The notes below the pieces were generated by a model. It had not been told where the DNA came from. It worked only from the letters and a program-made list of their open reading frames with translations, and ran no database searches. From positions 248,001-312,000 of the IMG/VR virus record IMGVR_UViG_3300023174_000040: a stretch of 64,000 nucleotides of DNA, one strand, 5' to 3'. The translations under genes were made by a program, and so were the position numbers. Below are positions 1 through 11,509 of the stretch, in pieces (the stretch's first letter is position 1; each line of letters opens with the position of its first letter).

Positions 1-3
1 TAT

Positions 4-912
4 GTGGACGGAGTTTCCTGGAATAAGGTGGACTATTTTACAGATAGCCAACCTAGAAGAGAATACAGAGTAGAGTTTGACTCCAATTACTCAGCTTTCG
101 TTATATTTGGCAACAACAGAGCAGGTTTGGTGCCCTCTGGCGGCTCTGTGATTGAGGTAGTTTACAGAACAGGTGGCGGAACCATCGGAAATATAGTTGC
201 AGGATCTGTTGAGACTCAAACTATTATTAATCCAACCGGTTATGAGCTTAGCGTTCCGGTTACATTTAATAATTACACAAAAGGAGAATACGGATATAAC
301 GGAGATACAATAGAAGATATAAGAAGAAAACTCCCTCAATACTTAAGAACACAAAACAGAGCCGTAACTGGCACCGATTACAAGACAATTGCTGAACAAT
401 TCGCTAGTCCATATCAAGGCCAGATTGGAAAGGCTACGGCGGTCTTAAGAAATTATGGGTGCTCTGCAAACATAGTAGATTTATATATACTGGCTAGGCA
501 GGATGAGAGTAATTTGGAGCTAGCTAGCGACCAACTAAAATCTGAACTCAGGGGTCACATAGATCAAATAAAGATGATAACAGATTATGTATGCGTAAGA
601 GATGGAACTGTATTGAACGCCGCTGTTAGTATAGATATCTTTATGGACAGATTGTATAGAAAATTTGAAGACGAGGTAAGAGAAAAAGTAAACAGAAGAA
701 TGAATAGCTTTTTCCTTATTTCAAATTGGGATTATGGTAAAATATTAAGAGATATAGATATAATAAAACAACTATCTGATATCAAAGACCCAAGTAGATA
801 CGAAGTATCTTTCACCACAGACGATGGGAATAGCAGTATAATTACACCAAAATTCAATGAAATTATACGCCCAGAATCAATACAAATCAATTTTACATAT
901 GAGAACAATTAG
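4..912 (+). CDS. Baseplate wedge protein (T4 gp6/baseplate J-like), probably 5'-truncated by the window edge
   Basis: IFGNNRAGLVP, YRTGGGTIGN, IEDIRRKLPQYLRTQNRAVTGTDY match the baseplate wedge pattern. Confidence 0.8.
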   Translation: MDGVSWNKVDYFTDSQPRREYRVEFDSNYSAFVIFGNNRAGLVPSGGSVIEVVYRTGGGTIGNIVAGSVETQTIINPTGYELSVPVTFNNYTKGEYGYNGDTIEDIRRKLPQYLRTQNRAVTGTDYKTIAEQFASPYQGQIGKATAVLRNYGCSANIVDLYILARQDESNLELASDQLKSELRGHIDQIKMITDYVCVRDGTVLNAAVSIDIFMDRLYRKFEDEVREKVNRRMNSFFLISNWDYGKILRDIDIIKQLSDIKDPSRYEVSFTTDDGNSSIITPKFNEIIRPESIQINFTYENN

Positions 913-914
913 TT

Positions 915-3900
915 ATGATATTAACAATAGATCAAAATCCCTCTGTGACGGACGAAATATTATTTACATTTAACACAAAAGATGTCAATAATAAAACAAT
1001 AGATCCTTATAAAGTAGATGCACTAAAAATATATTTTATTGAAAGAGATTTTGCCAGCACAGATAATAAAGAATACTCTGCCGAGAGCTATTATAACCAT
1101 GATTATATTCAAGGAGAAATTCACAAAGCAATAACATCTGGTGGTGGGTCGGGCGAAAAAGTCATTAAGTTTATGACAGAGCACTCCCCGATTATAAACG
1201 GAACTCTAAGTGGAACTATTTTCAAAGATCTAAATATAGTAAACACCTTTACTCTAGACAAGAAAAACAGATTTATATTAACAGATATAAGAACGGGCGG
1301 AATTTCTCCTGAATTTAAAGTTAATTGCGGAAGCGTTAACTTAGAAACAGGAGAAATTAGTTTAACTTGGAATAAGGATCCAGGCTCATATAAGATAATA
1401 ATTAACTATGAATACAAAATGCCTAACGGTAACGACTTTTTTTATTACAAAGAAGCAACTCCAGTCGAGATAGTTGGAAGTGAAATTTTTCCTGCTTGGT
1501 TGTCAACAGATCAAGAAAAATCTTTAATTGTAAAAGATAATTGCTCAGAGGGACTTTTTAATTATACATGGAACCCTTCTGGAAGAAGGGAAGGTGACTA
1601 TTTCATATGTTATACTTGGACCCCTTATGCTGGAGCATCTTCCTTATCTAGTCATGAAAGATTTTACTTAAACGGATCAACGATATTAAACACAAGCATA
1701 CCTAGCCATCAAACAGTTCCAGGGAAGTATGAGGAATTACTAGATAGATACCTACCCGAAATGTTTAAAGCACTAATAGCGGACGAAGATAGAACACCAG
1801 ACGTTTTAGATAATTTTAATAAATCAGTGGCCAAGGGTTTTACGTTTCTCGAGGACTTGACCAATCAGATAGTAGATTTATTTGATGCAAATGTAATAAG
1901 TGAATCACTCTTGAGTTATCTCGGAAACACCCTAGACCTTAAACTAAAGAGTTCGGATCCAACTTTGTGGAGAAGGCAAATAAAGGAAGCGGTACCCCTT
2001 TTTAAGAAAAAAGGATCCATACAAGCTATGAGAGAATCATTCTCTCAAGCCGGGATGAAACTATTAAGATTAGTAAATTTTTGGCAGATAAAATCGCCTT
2101 ATTTCCATATAGACTCTTTTTTTTACACACCAGAGATGAAAGAATCGTTTGTTCTTTCAAAAAAAATTCTATTAAATCCAGTGGGTCAAAACTATTTGCC
2201 CGATTTATTTTTAATTAAATCAACATCTAAAGTTGAAATATCTTTAAATTTTAATGAAAGTGTAGAAATATCTACCGATAATCCATTGCAATTAAATTGG
2301 ATATCAACTCAACACAAACTAGAAGTAGATGACATAATAAGGTTTGAATATTATCATAAAGAGCCAATAAATGAAAAAGAGAGAAATTTAGAAAGATATA
2401 TAAAATCGCTTCCTCTTGCAGACGATAGGGAAGAATATAATATACTAAAAGATTCACAAGTCTTCAGGCAATATCCGCTTAAAAATTGGAATGTTCGTTT
2501 AATAAGAGAAGATGACCCATTAATAGATTCTATATTAATTGAACGACATCCATTTCATGAAGATTTAGTTTTTGGAAAAGTAAGAACAGAATTCCCGTAT
2601 TCTGAAAATGTTTATAACATGGAAGAGTACAACGGAAGCATAAGGGACTCTTCAAATCCCTGTGACATAGATAAAGACTTCATTGACCCGTGCTCTTATT
2701 GTAGGTCGGGTAAATTCGATGTTGATCTAGAAATAGAGAACCTATCCTCAGACAGATTATTAGAAGTAAAGGATATAGTCACAGAAAATGCACCTTTCCA
2801 TTCGGTTCTTAAAACAATAAATATATTTGGAAACAATAGTGAATTTGTTACACCTCCCTTAGAAGAATACGAGATATTAATAACACACAATTACCTGGAG
2901 TCTTCAGTTGCAGGAGGGGCAACTTTATTTAATAGAAATAAATTTTTAGAGAATGTTGTAGGAAGAAGCGATCTAACAACTAAAAGTTTTGTAAAAACAG
3001 AATTAATTAATTTTTATAATAAAGATAAGGTTTTGTTTTGTCCTGATGTTAATTTTAGCTCTCTGTCAGTGGGAGAAGATTGTTACATTGAAGTCTTCTC
3101 TTCTATAAACTCTGGGGTGTATGGGGTTGTTGACGGAAATAAAAATCAAATCAACGTAGATGATCGAAGAGACTTATTAATGGAACCAATAAATAATTCT
3201 CCATTTATTTTCGATATCTATAATGAGATATTTAGCTCTAACGCTTCTTTGGAGCGGAGCGATGTGATTGAACTCGAAGATACATCGGTTAATTTTAATA
3301 ACTTAGAAGATATACATAAAATAAAATTAACTATAAATAATCAAGATTATTATTTTGACTTAATCAAAATAATGAATCAAAATAAATTATTATTAAATAA
3401 TAATAATTTAATAATTAACGGCAATCTCTCATCTAATTATCGAATAGTAAATTCATTAAATCAAGAGATAATAATAAAGGGAACATCAAAAATCTCAAGA
3501 TGCAACATAAAATATACCAATAATTCAAAGGTTGTTTTCGATGAAAATATACCAAATAAAACAATATTAAAGAATTACAATAACTTCTTAAGTTTTAATA
3601 GTGGATCAACAGAGAATTTATGTAAAGTTACGTCTATAGAAGAAAATTATGTTTATATTACTGGGTTTTATGGGGCTAATTTGGGTGGCATACAAGTAAA
3701 ATTCCGTCAAAATTTAGCAGAAAAGAAATCGGGCTATTTTGGTTACAATGGAATAGTTGCAAAAATTAGCGGAGATTTAAAGGGAGAGTTGAACATAAAG
3801 AATGAAGACGAAGAAGCAACATCCGAAGATTCTTTTAAAGAAGATTATGCCCTATACTTAAATTCCAATGGAAACTACTACTTTATATCTGAAATAAACT

Positions 3901-4226
3901 ATTATGAAGGTATAGACACAACAGTAATGAGTCTATCTGGCGTCTTTGATAATTTTGGAACTCAGGACACAAGCGGAATACAGAATAATGTTAGTATATA
4001 CAAGTACACAAAAAACAGCTCCACAATAGTAGATGACTATACCATGAAAGAAGTAGAACTAAAAATAAATAGAACAAGCAATGAGATAATAGAAAAGTTT
4101 GATAAGCAGAACTTAAGTGCCCAAGCTAATTCAAAAAATGGCCCAGCAGATTTCTCGGAACAAAGTGAAGACATTCAAATAATTATAACAAATCTAGACG
4201 GAACAAAAGAAAGAAAAGAATTATGA
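915..4226 (+). CDS. Large baseplate/tail protein (gp7/P2 gpI-like wedge partner)
   Basis: LLDRYLPEMF...LSYLGNTL...WRRQIKEAVPLFKKKGS segment; directly follows wedge gene. Confidence 0.6.
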   Translation: MILTIDQNPSVTDEILFTFNTKDVNNKTIDPYKVDALKIYFIERDFASTDNKEYSAESYYNHDYIQGEIHKAITSGGGSGEKVIKFMTEHSPIINGTLSGTIFKDLNIVNTFTLDKKNRFILTDIRTGGISPEFKVNCGSVNLETGEISLTWNKDPGSYKIIINYEYKMPNGNDFFYYKEATPVEIVGSEIFPAWLSTDQEKSLIVKDNCSEGLFNYTWNPSGRREGDYFICYTWTPYAGASSLSSHERFYLNGSTILNTSIPSHQTVPGKYEELLDRYLPEMFKALIADEDRTPDVLDNFNKSVAKGFTFLEDLTNQIVDLFDANVISESLLSYLGNTLDLKLKSSDPTLWRRQIKEAVPLFKKKGSIQAMRESFSQAGMKLLRLVNFWQIKSPYFHIDSFFYTPEMKESFVLSKKILLNPVGQNYLPDLFLIKSTSKVEISLNFNESVEISTDNPLQLNWISTQHKLEVDDIIRFEYYHKEPINEKERNLERYIKSLPLADDREEYNILKDSQVFRQYPLKNWNVRLIREDDPLIDSILIERHPFHEDLVFGKVRTEFPYSENVYNMEEYNGSIRDSSNPCDIDKDFIDPCSYCRSGKFDVDLEIENLSSDRLLEVKDIVTENAPFHSVLKTINIFGNNSEFVTPPLEEYEILITHNYLESSVAGGATLFNRNKFLENVVGRSDLTTKSFVKTELINFYNKDKVLFCPDVNFSSLSVGEDCYIEVFSSINSGVYGVVDGNKNQINVDDRRDLLMEPINNSPFIFDIYNEIFSSNASLERSDVIELEDTSVNFNNLEDIHKIKLTINNQDYYFDLIKIMNQNKLLLNNNNLIINGNLSSNYRIVNSLNQEIIIKGTSKISRCNIKYTNNSKVVFDENIPNKTILKNYNNFLSFNSGSTENLCKVTSIEENYVYITGFYGANLGGIQVKFRQNLAEKKSGYFGYNGIVAKISGDLKGELNIKNEDEEATSEDSFKEDYALYLNSNGNYYFISEINYYEGIDTTVMSLSGVFDNFGTQDTSGIQNNVSIYKYTKNSSTIVDDYTMKEVELKINRTSNEIIEKFDKQNLSAQANSKNGPADFSEQSEDIQIIITNLDGTKERKEL

Positions 4227-4699
4227 TTAACAATGAACAAAAAGTAAAAGGCTTTATAGATGTTTCTATAGAAGATAGGAAGAAAAATAAAGTCTTATAC
4301 AGAATAAACAATACAATATTAAGGTCTGGGAAATCTGCCCTTGCTATGAGTTTAGCAAACGAGATTAGTGGACAATATTATCCTTTTTATATAAATAAAA
4401 TAATATTTGGCAATGGCGGTATGATTGAAGGTAAATTAAGAACTGTTAATGCAGAACGATCGTCGTTGTTTGGATCCGAGGTAATATCAAAGCCAATAAT
4501 ATCCAGTATCGATCCAAATATACCGACACAAGCAACCTTCACATCTGTACTGACTTTTGATGATGCAATAGGACAAACCATAAATGAAATGGCACTAGAA
4601 ATGGCCAATGAGAGTTTATACAGCATGGTGGCATTTCCAGATTTAATGAAAACAAAAGACATTCAAATAACATGGAATTGGCGCATTAATTTCATCTAA
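4223..4699 (+). CDS. Small baseplate/tail-fibre attachment protein
   Basis: NTILRSGK...IFGNGG...INEMAL...ITWNWRINF pattern typical of phage fibre-anchor proteins; overlaps upstream stop. Confidence 0.55.
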   Translation: MINNEQKVKGFIDVSIEDRKKNKVLYRINNTILRSGKSALAMSLANEISGQYYPFYINKIIFGNGGMIEGKLRTVNAERSSLFGSEVISKPIISSIDPNIPTQATFTSVLTFDDAIGQTINEMALEMANESLYSMVAFPDLMKTKDIQITWNWRINFI

Positions 4700-4717
4700 C
4701 TAATTCTATATAATTTT

Positions 4718-6997
4718 ATGCCAACTACAACAATAGCACCAATAGCAAGACCACCTGTGCCTCCTTCTTTGGAAGCCTATGGAGTTCCATTATATCAACC
4801 GAATGATCCATATCATTACGACTTTGACAACAAGCCAATTAAAACTCTAGTGATGAGGGACCAGATAATGTCTGGTCAGATCAACCAGAATTCACAAATA
4901 CTAAGAGAAGGTGCCGGTGATTCAGGTAGTCTCCCTTTGAGACTAGATCGATCTTTGGAAAAGGACGGAAACTTAAAACCAGGAGCAATAGATCAAGCCA
5001 ATCACAGTATAGCGCACCACTCAAATGGAAGTAAGCAAATAACACAAGAAGAAATGGATGAATATAATTCTTTAGGTTATACTTTAAATTCATCACCAGA
5101 TTTCGTGGTTATGTTAAGAGCAGAGAGAGATAAGCTTTCGCAAATAACTGCCGATGCCAATAATATAACATTCCAATTTCCAGGTATGAGCACCCCGGTG
5201 GATGGGGGAACGATAGAATTCCAAGACTCGTATGGAATTTATTGGGAAATTAGCAATCCCTCCGATGAAAACATAGTAATTAAACCCATACTCAATAATG
5301 CCACTGATCACAAACATTTTTATGAAGTTACTCCTGTTTTTGCAAACGGAGAATATCAAATATCTGGTATTCAAGAATTCAAAAAAGATACCTTGAGGGT
5401 ATATGTTAACGGAGTCAGAATACCATCGTGCTCACAGAATTGTTCAGCTTCAGACGGAATATATTATCCTGCATTTAGCTCCACGGTAACAACTCAGCCA
5501 CCACAATTAAAAGCTCCAAATACGCAATGGAATAACTTGTATTTCACAGAGATGAATGATGAAGCAAAATTCACGCTTTCCTCAACCTTATCAAGTTATG
5601 ATAAAATTTTTGTAGACTATGAAATAGAAATAATGCAGTCGGCAACAACCACAACAGCTCGGCCTGTGACCACCACAACTTTGACGCCGACCACAACAAC
5701 TTTATCGCCATTTAATTTAAATTCAATATCTGTCTCGGATGTTACCGGCAATTATCCGAGCATAACAGATATAATAACAGCGGGAAATAGGATACAAATA
5801 ATTAGTGATGGGGATCCTTATCCAGCATTGGCCGGGAATCCATTATTCAATGATGGTTTAATTTCTAGAACCTTCTCGAATTCAAACAGCATAGCTGATC
5901 AAACACACAATTTCTTGTTTACTTATAGGGGAGGTTTGAATAACTCGGAAAATCCCCAAGATACAAGCTTGGGCGCAATAGGAGTCACAGTAAACGGAGT
6001 TGTTTTATTAAATCCATCTGCAGGGTATGGATCACTGCCCGGGGGGACCGACCTACCAGGAACGGGATACCAATTTAATGCTGTTCTCAACAGCTCTTTA
6101 TTTGGTGTTGATGAATGTGGTGGTAGTCCAAATGAAGAAGGAATGTATAGTTATCGTGATGGATCATTCTTGAAAAATTGTTGGAGTGTCAATAAGTTTT
6201 ACGGAAAAAATACCTATTATAGTGGAAGCACCTACCAGGGAGATCATTTTAGACACGGAAACGGACATTCAAAAATAGTAGGATTCTGCTTTGATGGATA
6301 TCCTATTTATGGTCCATACGGCTATTCTAATTCAATGTCCGCCTCCAGCAATGTAGTGCAAATGTTATCCTCCTATAGAACATCTACGACCGAGAAATCT
6401 GGACGTGGTTACTCTTACGACGAATATCCTGCGGGCTCTTTTATAGAAGATTATAATTATATCCAAGCAGACTACATGCCAAATCCATACCTAGATGAGT
6501 ATAATGGAAGATACTGTGTGACGCCAGAATATCCAAATGGCACATATGCTTACTTCTTAACATTTGTAAGCGAAGACTTAAATACACCCGCATATCCCTA
6601 CATATTTGGCCCAAAAACAAGACAGATAAGAGAAACAGGCGGGGATCCACAAAATCAAGGACCAGGACCACACGCATTCTATGTAAACATTACCTCCATC
6701 CCCGGCACAGCTTATGTGCTAAATGGTAAAGATAATAATGGGGTATTATCTGGGAATAATTTATCAATAAATGTCTTGGTTGGTGATGCAATAATACTAA
6801 ATATTTCAACTTCTGGACACCCAGTATGGTTGAAAAAGTATGATGTTACTGGTTCTGGTTCGGATTTAATGGGCATCAATAATAACGGAACAGATGATGG
6901 AACCATAACCTGGGTGCCATCCGAACCAGGGACTTATTACTATATATCAGAAAATAGTTTTGATATGCACGGCAGCATAATAGTAACTTCTTCTTGA
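4718..6997 (+). CDS. Virion-associated protein with Thr-rich linker, YHYH domain and C-terminal cupredoxin-like domain
   Basis: GAIGVTVNGVVLLNP, DECGG, GFCFDGYPIYGPYG, LDEYNGRYCVTPEYPNGTYAYF (YHYH family); GHPVWL...PGTYYY...M at C-terminus. Confidence 0.75.
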   Translation: MPTTTIAPIARPPVPPSLEAYGVPLYQPNDPYHYDFDNKPIKTLVMRDQIMSGQINQNSQILREGAGDSGSLPLRLDRSLEKDGNLKPGAIDQANHSIAHHSNGSKQITQEEMDEYNSLGYTLNSSPDFVVMLRAERDKLSQITADANNITFQFPGMSTPVDGGTIEFQDSYGIYWEISNPSDENIVIKPILNNATDHKHFYEVTPVFANGEYQISGIQEFKKDTLRVYVNGVRIPSCSQNCSASDGIYYPAFSSTVTTQPPQLKAPNTQWNNLYFTEMNDEAKFTLSSTLSSYDKIFVDYEIEIMQSATTTTARPVTTTTLTPTTTTLSPFNLNSISVSDVTGNYPSITDIITAGNRIQIISDGDPYPALAGNPLFNDGLISRTFSNSNSIADQTHNFLFTYRGGLNNSENPQDTSLGAIGVTVNGVVLLNPSAGYGSLPGGTDLPGTGYQFNAVLNSSLFGVDECGGSPNEEGMYSYRDGSFLKNCWSVNKFYGKNTYYSGSTYQGDHFRHGNGHSKIVGFCFDGYPIYGPYGYSNSMSASSNVVQMLSSYRTSTTEKSGRGYSYDEYPAGSFIEDYNYIQADYMPNPYLDEYNGRYCVTPEYPNGTYAYFLTFVSEDLNTPAYPYIFGPKTRQIRETGGDPQNQGPGPHAFYVNITSIPGTAYVLNGKDNNGVLSGNNLSINVLVGDAIILNISTSGHPVWLKKYDVTGSGSDLMGINNNGTDDGTITWVPSEPGTYYYISENSFDMHGSIIVTSS

Positions 6998-7053
6998 AAT
7001 GCAATGTTCTAGCATTTTTACTATAATAGAATACCTATTAGGAGTAAATAAAA

Positions 7054-7722
7054 ATGCCAGAAATAAAAGAAAAAGTATCTGAACTCTTGAAAAATGATGT
7101 AGTCTCTCGGCACAGTTATTTTCAATTGAAATATTTTCTAATTGGAAAAGAGCCCACAAATCAAGCTAAAATGTGGCAGTGTCTGCGGGAATTAAAGGCT
7201 AGACAAGAGATTTTAAATAGCGTAGATCTCCAGTTGGAGGAGGAAAAAGATAATCTGGAGATATACAATATTAGTTTATTAAGAATAGATAGTAAAGAAA
7301 AAGAAATAAAAGATGAACTTGATTTACGAGAATTAGAAATCAAGAAAAGACAAATCAAGAGAAATATATCAAATGTTTCAAATAATGTACAATCACTATT
7401 GAGCAAGAAAAAGGATACCGAGGAGGAGTGTGAGTTCTTTATTCAAACGTTTGAGAATATAGAAAAAACAGAACCTTTAAAATACTTTGACGACTTAGAT
7501 TCACAAAAAGAATATTGGGGTACTAAACTTTTAGAAAAAATTAATTTGAAAATATTGCTTCAAAATAATGTAGATATAGATCTTGTTGAAACAGCACTAT
7601 CTCTACCGGATGATGTCCCAATTAAACAACAAGTTTTAAACAAACTTAACTATCTACAGAGTAACATGTTAAAAATAAAAGAAGGGTTTCAAGAAAAGAT
7701 AGGTAATAATGGCGAGAATTGA
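7054..7722 (+). CDS. Coiled-coil hypothetical protein
   Basis: 222 aa helical, E/K/L-rich ORF within the structural operon. Confidence 0.6.
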   Translation: MPEIKEKVSELLKNDVVSRHSYFQLKYFLIGKEPTNQAKMWQCLRELKARQEILNSVDLQLEEEKDNLEIYNISLLRIDSKEKEIKDELDLRELEIKKRQIKRNISNVSNNVQSLLSKKKDTEEECEFFIQTFENIEKTEPLKYFDDLDSQKEYWGTKLLEKINLKILLQNNVDIDLVETALSLPDDVPIKQQVLNKLNYLQSNMLKIKEGFQEKIGNNGEN

Positions 7723-9142
7723 TAGCTTAAGAGACGGTTACCAGACAGGAGATCTATCACTATATCCAGAAGCACTGGATGGCAGGGAGAGTCTGTACGA
7801 GGTTAGGAATAACGCCGAGACAAAGTTAACTCAAAGTCTAAGTTATTCCGGCACTCGAGTAATTGTTGGTGATACATCCAGCTTTCCGAGCAAGGGAATA
7901 ATTAAAATAAGCGGAGACAGTGATAAACAAGGTGAATTAATTTATTATGGATCAAAAACTGTAAACACCTTTAAAGACTTAGTTCGTGGTTTTGCAGGAT
8001 CAAGACAGAATCAGTGGGACATAAACGCCAAAGTTGGAAATACTGTTAGTGCTGAGCATCATAACGCAGTAAAAGATGCAATAATGAAGATAGAGACAAA
8101 TTTGGGATTAATAGAAAGTCCAGATCCAATATCTCTTAATGGAATACTAAAAACTCAAGAAAATAGATTTTTAACACCAAAACCATTATTCAGAGCATAT
8201 CCAACAAGTGGCGCTCCTCCATTATCTGTGACATTCCAAAATTTTAGCACGGGGCCACTAGTTAGATATTTTTGGGATTTTGGAGATGGCACAACATCTA
8301 CAGAGAAAAACCCAATACATCATTATGTAACAGAGGGTTCTTATAGTGTAGAATTGACTGTTGTGAGTGTGTTGGGTGGCCAAGCGATAATGACCAAGAG
8401 CAACTATGTTTTGGTTTCAAATGAAGAGAAACAACCATTTTTCTACATATCTTTAATAAACAATCCTAGACCAGACAACCTATCAGGCGGTATAATAGCA
8501 AATTATTTAAACACCAACACTGGGTATGGTCCTACAATTTTTGAGTTCATAGATCAAACAGACGGAGACATACAAGAGAGATATTGGAACTTTAACTCAC
8601 CTGGTAGGCTAATCAAAAGAATGCATAAATGTTCTGGTTCTTTATCTTCTGGGGGTAATTATAAAATCGTCGTAAACGGAAAAAATGTTAAAAATAATTT
8701 TGAAGGTAAGAAGTTGGCATTAGTTGTTAATAATAGCGACCCTGCGAAGCCGACCAATTGTTACACAATGAATATTAATAGTATTAAGTATGGCATACTT
8801 TACACAGATACAGCTACAAATACTGAGCAGGTTGATGAAAAAATTTCAACACATTGTGATCTAAACGGAGCCACTCCAATATACAGAACAGAAATTATAG
8901 CTACTATAGCCGGAGGCTCCAGTGCAAATCTATCAGGCTTCAATGTTAGTAATGCAAAAATAGGTGCGATTGAAAATGATTCCGTTCTTAATTACAGAGA
9001 AATTGATCCAAACATACATGTTGCATACTTTATTTACGAAAAACAATACTCTCAACCACAACCCAGCGTTTTCGTTTTGTATAAAAATCAAGTAATTAAA
9101 AAGGCCTTTCTCAAAAAAGAAAATACAATAGAAATAATATAA
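7709..9142 (+). CDS. PKD-domain virion structural protein
   Basis: GAPPLSVTFQNFSTG...YFWDFGDGTTSTEKNPIHHYVTEGSYSVELTV is a PKD repeat. Confidence 0.75.
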   Translation: MARIDSLRDGYQTGDLSLYPEALDGRESLYEVRNNAETKLTQSLSYSGTRVIVGDTSSFPSKGIIKISGDSDKQGELIYYGSKTVNTFKDLVRGFAGSRQNQWDINAKVGNTVSAEHHNAVKDAIMKIETNLGLIESPDPISLNGILKTQENRFLTPKPLFRAYPTSGAPPLSVTFQNFSTGPLVRYFWDFGDGTTSTEKNPIHHYVTEGSYSVELTVVSVLGGQAIMTKSNYVLVSNEEKQPFFYISLINNPRPDNLSGGIIANYLNTNTGYGPTIFEFIDQTDGDIQERYWNFNSPGRLIKRMHKCSGSLSSGGNYKIVVNGKNVKNNFEGKKLALVVNNSDPAKPTNCYTMNINSIKYGILYTDTATNTEQVDEKISTHCDLNGATPIYRTEIIATIAGGSSANLSGFNVSNAKIGAIENDSVLNYREIDPNIHVAYFIYEKQYSQPQPSVFVLYKNQVIKKAFLKKENTIEII

Positions 9143-11491
9143 ATGACTCTAAGCAATTACCCATATGATTTTGACAACAATCAAAACCTTTATGTTGTCC
9201 ACGACTATTTGAGGTTAAAACTCGCTGAGGACTATAACCCAGGAGATACAACTATCACTGTGTATGAGAACGCCAGCGTAATGTCTAAATTCCCTGGGTC
9301 TGCAGAAGGCGGTGGCACAATAACATTAACAGATCAATGCTCTAATCCAGAAGAAAGAGCAATATCTTTTACATACACGTCTAAAACCACAACCACATTC
9401 GAAGGAATAAAAATAATCCCAGGATTCAAGAGTGTAGCAAAATACAAAGATTTAACTAATGTAACACAAAATGTGATGGCACAGCACCACAATACGTTAA
9501 AAGATTCTATTATAGCAATAGAAAAATTTGCTGGGTTGCGGGGATCCAAGGCGGAAATGCCGTTAACAGGCACTATAGAGGAAAGAATTAATTATCTAAG
9601 AAGCATAGTTTTAATTCCAAAAGCATGGTTTAGCGTAGATAAAAGACTCGGAGTTTTATCCCCAATTTCAAGTGATAAATGTCAGAACAAAAAAGGCTTG
9701 ATTGTAAATTTTACCGATCTTAGTTTCAGACTAGGGACGGACGGATCTAGCGAGAGACTAAAGCACACTTGGTATTTTAATTTAAAACCCACAGTGAATG
9801 ACTACGGAGCTCCAATAAACAAAGCAAGTGATGACAAAGATGTAACATTAAATAATATGGATTTTTATTATGATTCAGAAGAAACCTTATCCTACGAAAC
9901 CATAATCGATGGACTTGCGGTCGCTGATAATCAAGTAAAACAATACATTTATTGCAATCCTGGAATTTACACAGTCGCTCTTAAAGTTGAAAATGATTTT
10001 GGTGAGGACACAGTAGTTTTTGATAAATTAATCAATGTAAAAGAAGCTTGTCCAGATGAAGCCGAAATTATCTTTGTTCCAAAATTAACACAATTTATTT
10101 TTAACAATAACCTTAGAACCCCTGTCAACGTTCCAATTGATGTCCAAGTCACAAACGCTGGGGCCAAGGCAAATGATGAGATAACAAATTATACTTGGTC
10201 AATAGCAGATGATCTCAACCACTTCAATTCAAATGTTACAAGAGCAGTATTTAGTGTGGGCGGATTGTATGACGTAATATTAAGAGTAGACACAAAGTTC
10301 GGAAACTACAGAATAACAACTCTTGAGAATCAAGTAGATGTTGTAGAAAAATTAAATATGTGGTTATGGACTATAAATAATGGATCAAACTCAATAACAC
10401 CTCATGAATTTGGATTAATTAGCGAAACTTTTAAAACTTTATCGACTAAGAGTATAGAAAAAATAGATGATAGTTTTATAAGAAATAATAATTATATAAC
10501 CTGCACCGATCCCGATTACTATCGATCAGAGAAATGTAGAAAGATAAGAGAATTTAATAGAAATAATGGTTTTTCAAAATCTGATGCGGTGTTGTCGGGC
10601 GATGGATCATCTGGCATAGTTTATTGGTCTACAGGCCGAGGTGCAGCAGAACCAATTAGCAAAGAAAAAATTAAACTTCAAAATTATTCAGGTTTTACAG
10701 ATTGTTATTCATCTTTATCTGTTTTGGGGTCTGCTAATTCGGAGATAAACAGACAATGGAATTGGGTTGGTTTATCTTCAAAAACTTCTTTGTATTTCCT
10801 GTTTGGTTTGTCTGATCCTAAATCGGTTCAAACAAACACGACTGTTCAAAAGTTGTCTTTAGCAAACAAATCACTGAGCAGTTACACGGATTTAACATAT
10901 TCAAATGGAGCCGAGGAACTTAAGGCCAACTCAATATTTGATTTGTGGAATACTGGGGCCACCACAACCACCTTAAATCCAGCATCAAAAGAATACTATA
11001 GTTGTTATAGGTCTGTTTGGAAGGATGGGGCTGGGTATATCTTAAGAAATCAAGATCAAGGAACATTTTTTAGATTCAGAGGATTTTATAAAACATCCGG
11101 CACGACGGTCAATGAAGTAACAGGAATCAAGAAAATAAATGACCTATCTGGCCCCACCAAGGCTGAGGGAGAATTATTAAATATGACTAACGGGATATTC
11201 CTTTTTAATAACTCCGGTAGTGTGGGAGTATTTAATTCCAACACAAATGTTTGGATAACAGGCGGCCCCGGAACTAATTCTAATCAATTTAGAAGTATGC
11301 AAGATGTGAATGTCTCTGGCTTTGATGACCAAAAACAAACCTTATTAGCTTCGAGCGATGAGGATCATAATGCATATATAAGTTATGACTATAGCGAAAA
11401 TTCATTCATTAAATTCAACGATATAGACTTAACTTTCAAATATATAGGTAATAGACCAAGTGGAAAACAATGGCTTTCTACCATATATTAA
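9143..11491 (+). CDS. PKD-domain virion structural protein (paralog)
   Basis: PKD-like segments (YCNPGIYTVALKVEN; GGLYDVILRV); shares HHN motif with neighbours. Confidence 0.65.
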   Translation: MTLSNYPYDFDNNQNLYVVHDYLRLKLAEDYNPGDTTITVYENASVMSKFPGSAEGGGTITLTDQCSNPEERAISFTYTSKTTTTFEGIKIIPGFKSVAKYKDLTNVTQNVMAQHHNTLKDSIIAIEKFAGLRGSKAEMPLTGTIEERINYLRSIVLIPKAWFSVDKRLGVLSPISSDKCQNKKGLIVNFTDLSFRLGTDGSSERLKHTWYFNLKPTVNDYGAPINKASDDKDVTLNNMDFYYDSEETLSYETIIDGLAVADNQVKQYIYCNPGIYTVALKVENDFGEDTVVFDKLINVKEACPDEAEIIFVPKLTQFIFNNNLRTPVNVPIDVQVTNAGAKANDEITNYTWSIADDLNHFNSNVTRAVFSVGGLYDVILRVDTKFGNYRITTLENQVDVVEKLNMWLWTINNGSNSITPHEFGLISETFKTLSTKSIEKIDDSFIRNNNYITCTDPDYYRSEKCRKIREFNRNNGFSKSDAVLSGDGSSGIVYWSTGRGAAEPISKEKIKLQNYSGFTDCYSSLSVLGSANSEINRQWNWVGLSSKTSLYFLFGLSDPKSVQTNTTVQKLSLANKSLSSYTDLTYSNGAEELKANSIFDLWNTGATTTTLNPASKEYYSCYRSVWKDGAGYILRNQDQGTFFRFRGFYKTSGTTVNEVTGIKKINDLSGPTKAEGELLNMTNGIFLFNNSGSVGVFNSNTNVWITGGPGTNSNQFRSMQDVNVSGFDDQKQTLLASSDEDHNAYISYDYSENSFIKFNDIDLTFKYIGNRPSGKQWLSTIY

Positions 11492-11509
11492 TTTATAGGA
11501 AAAAATAAA

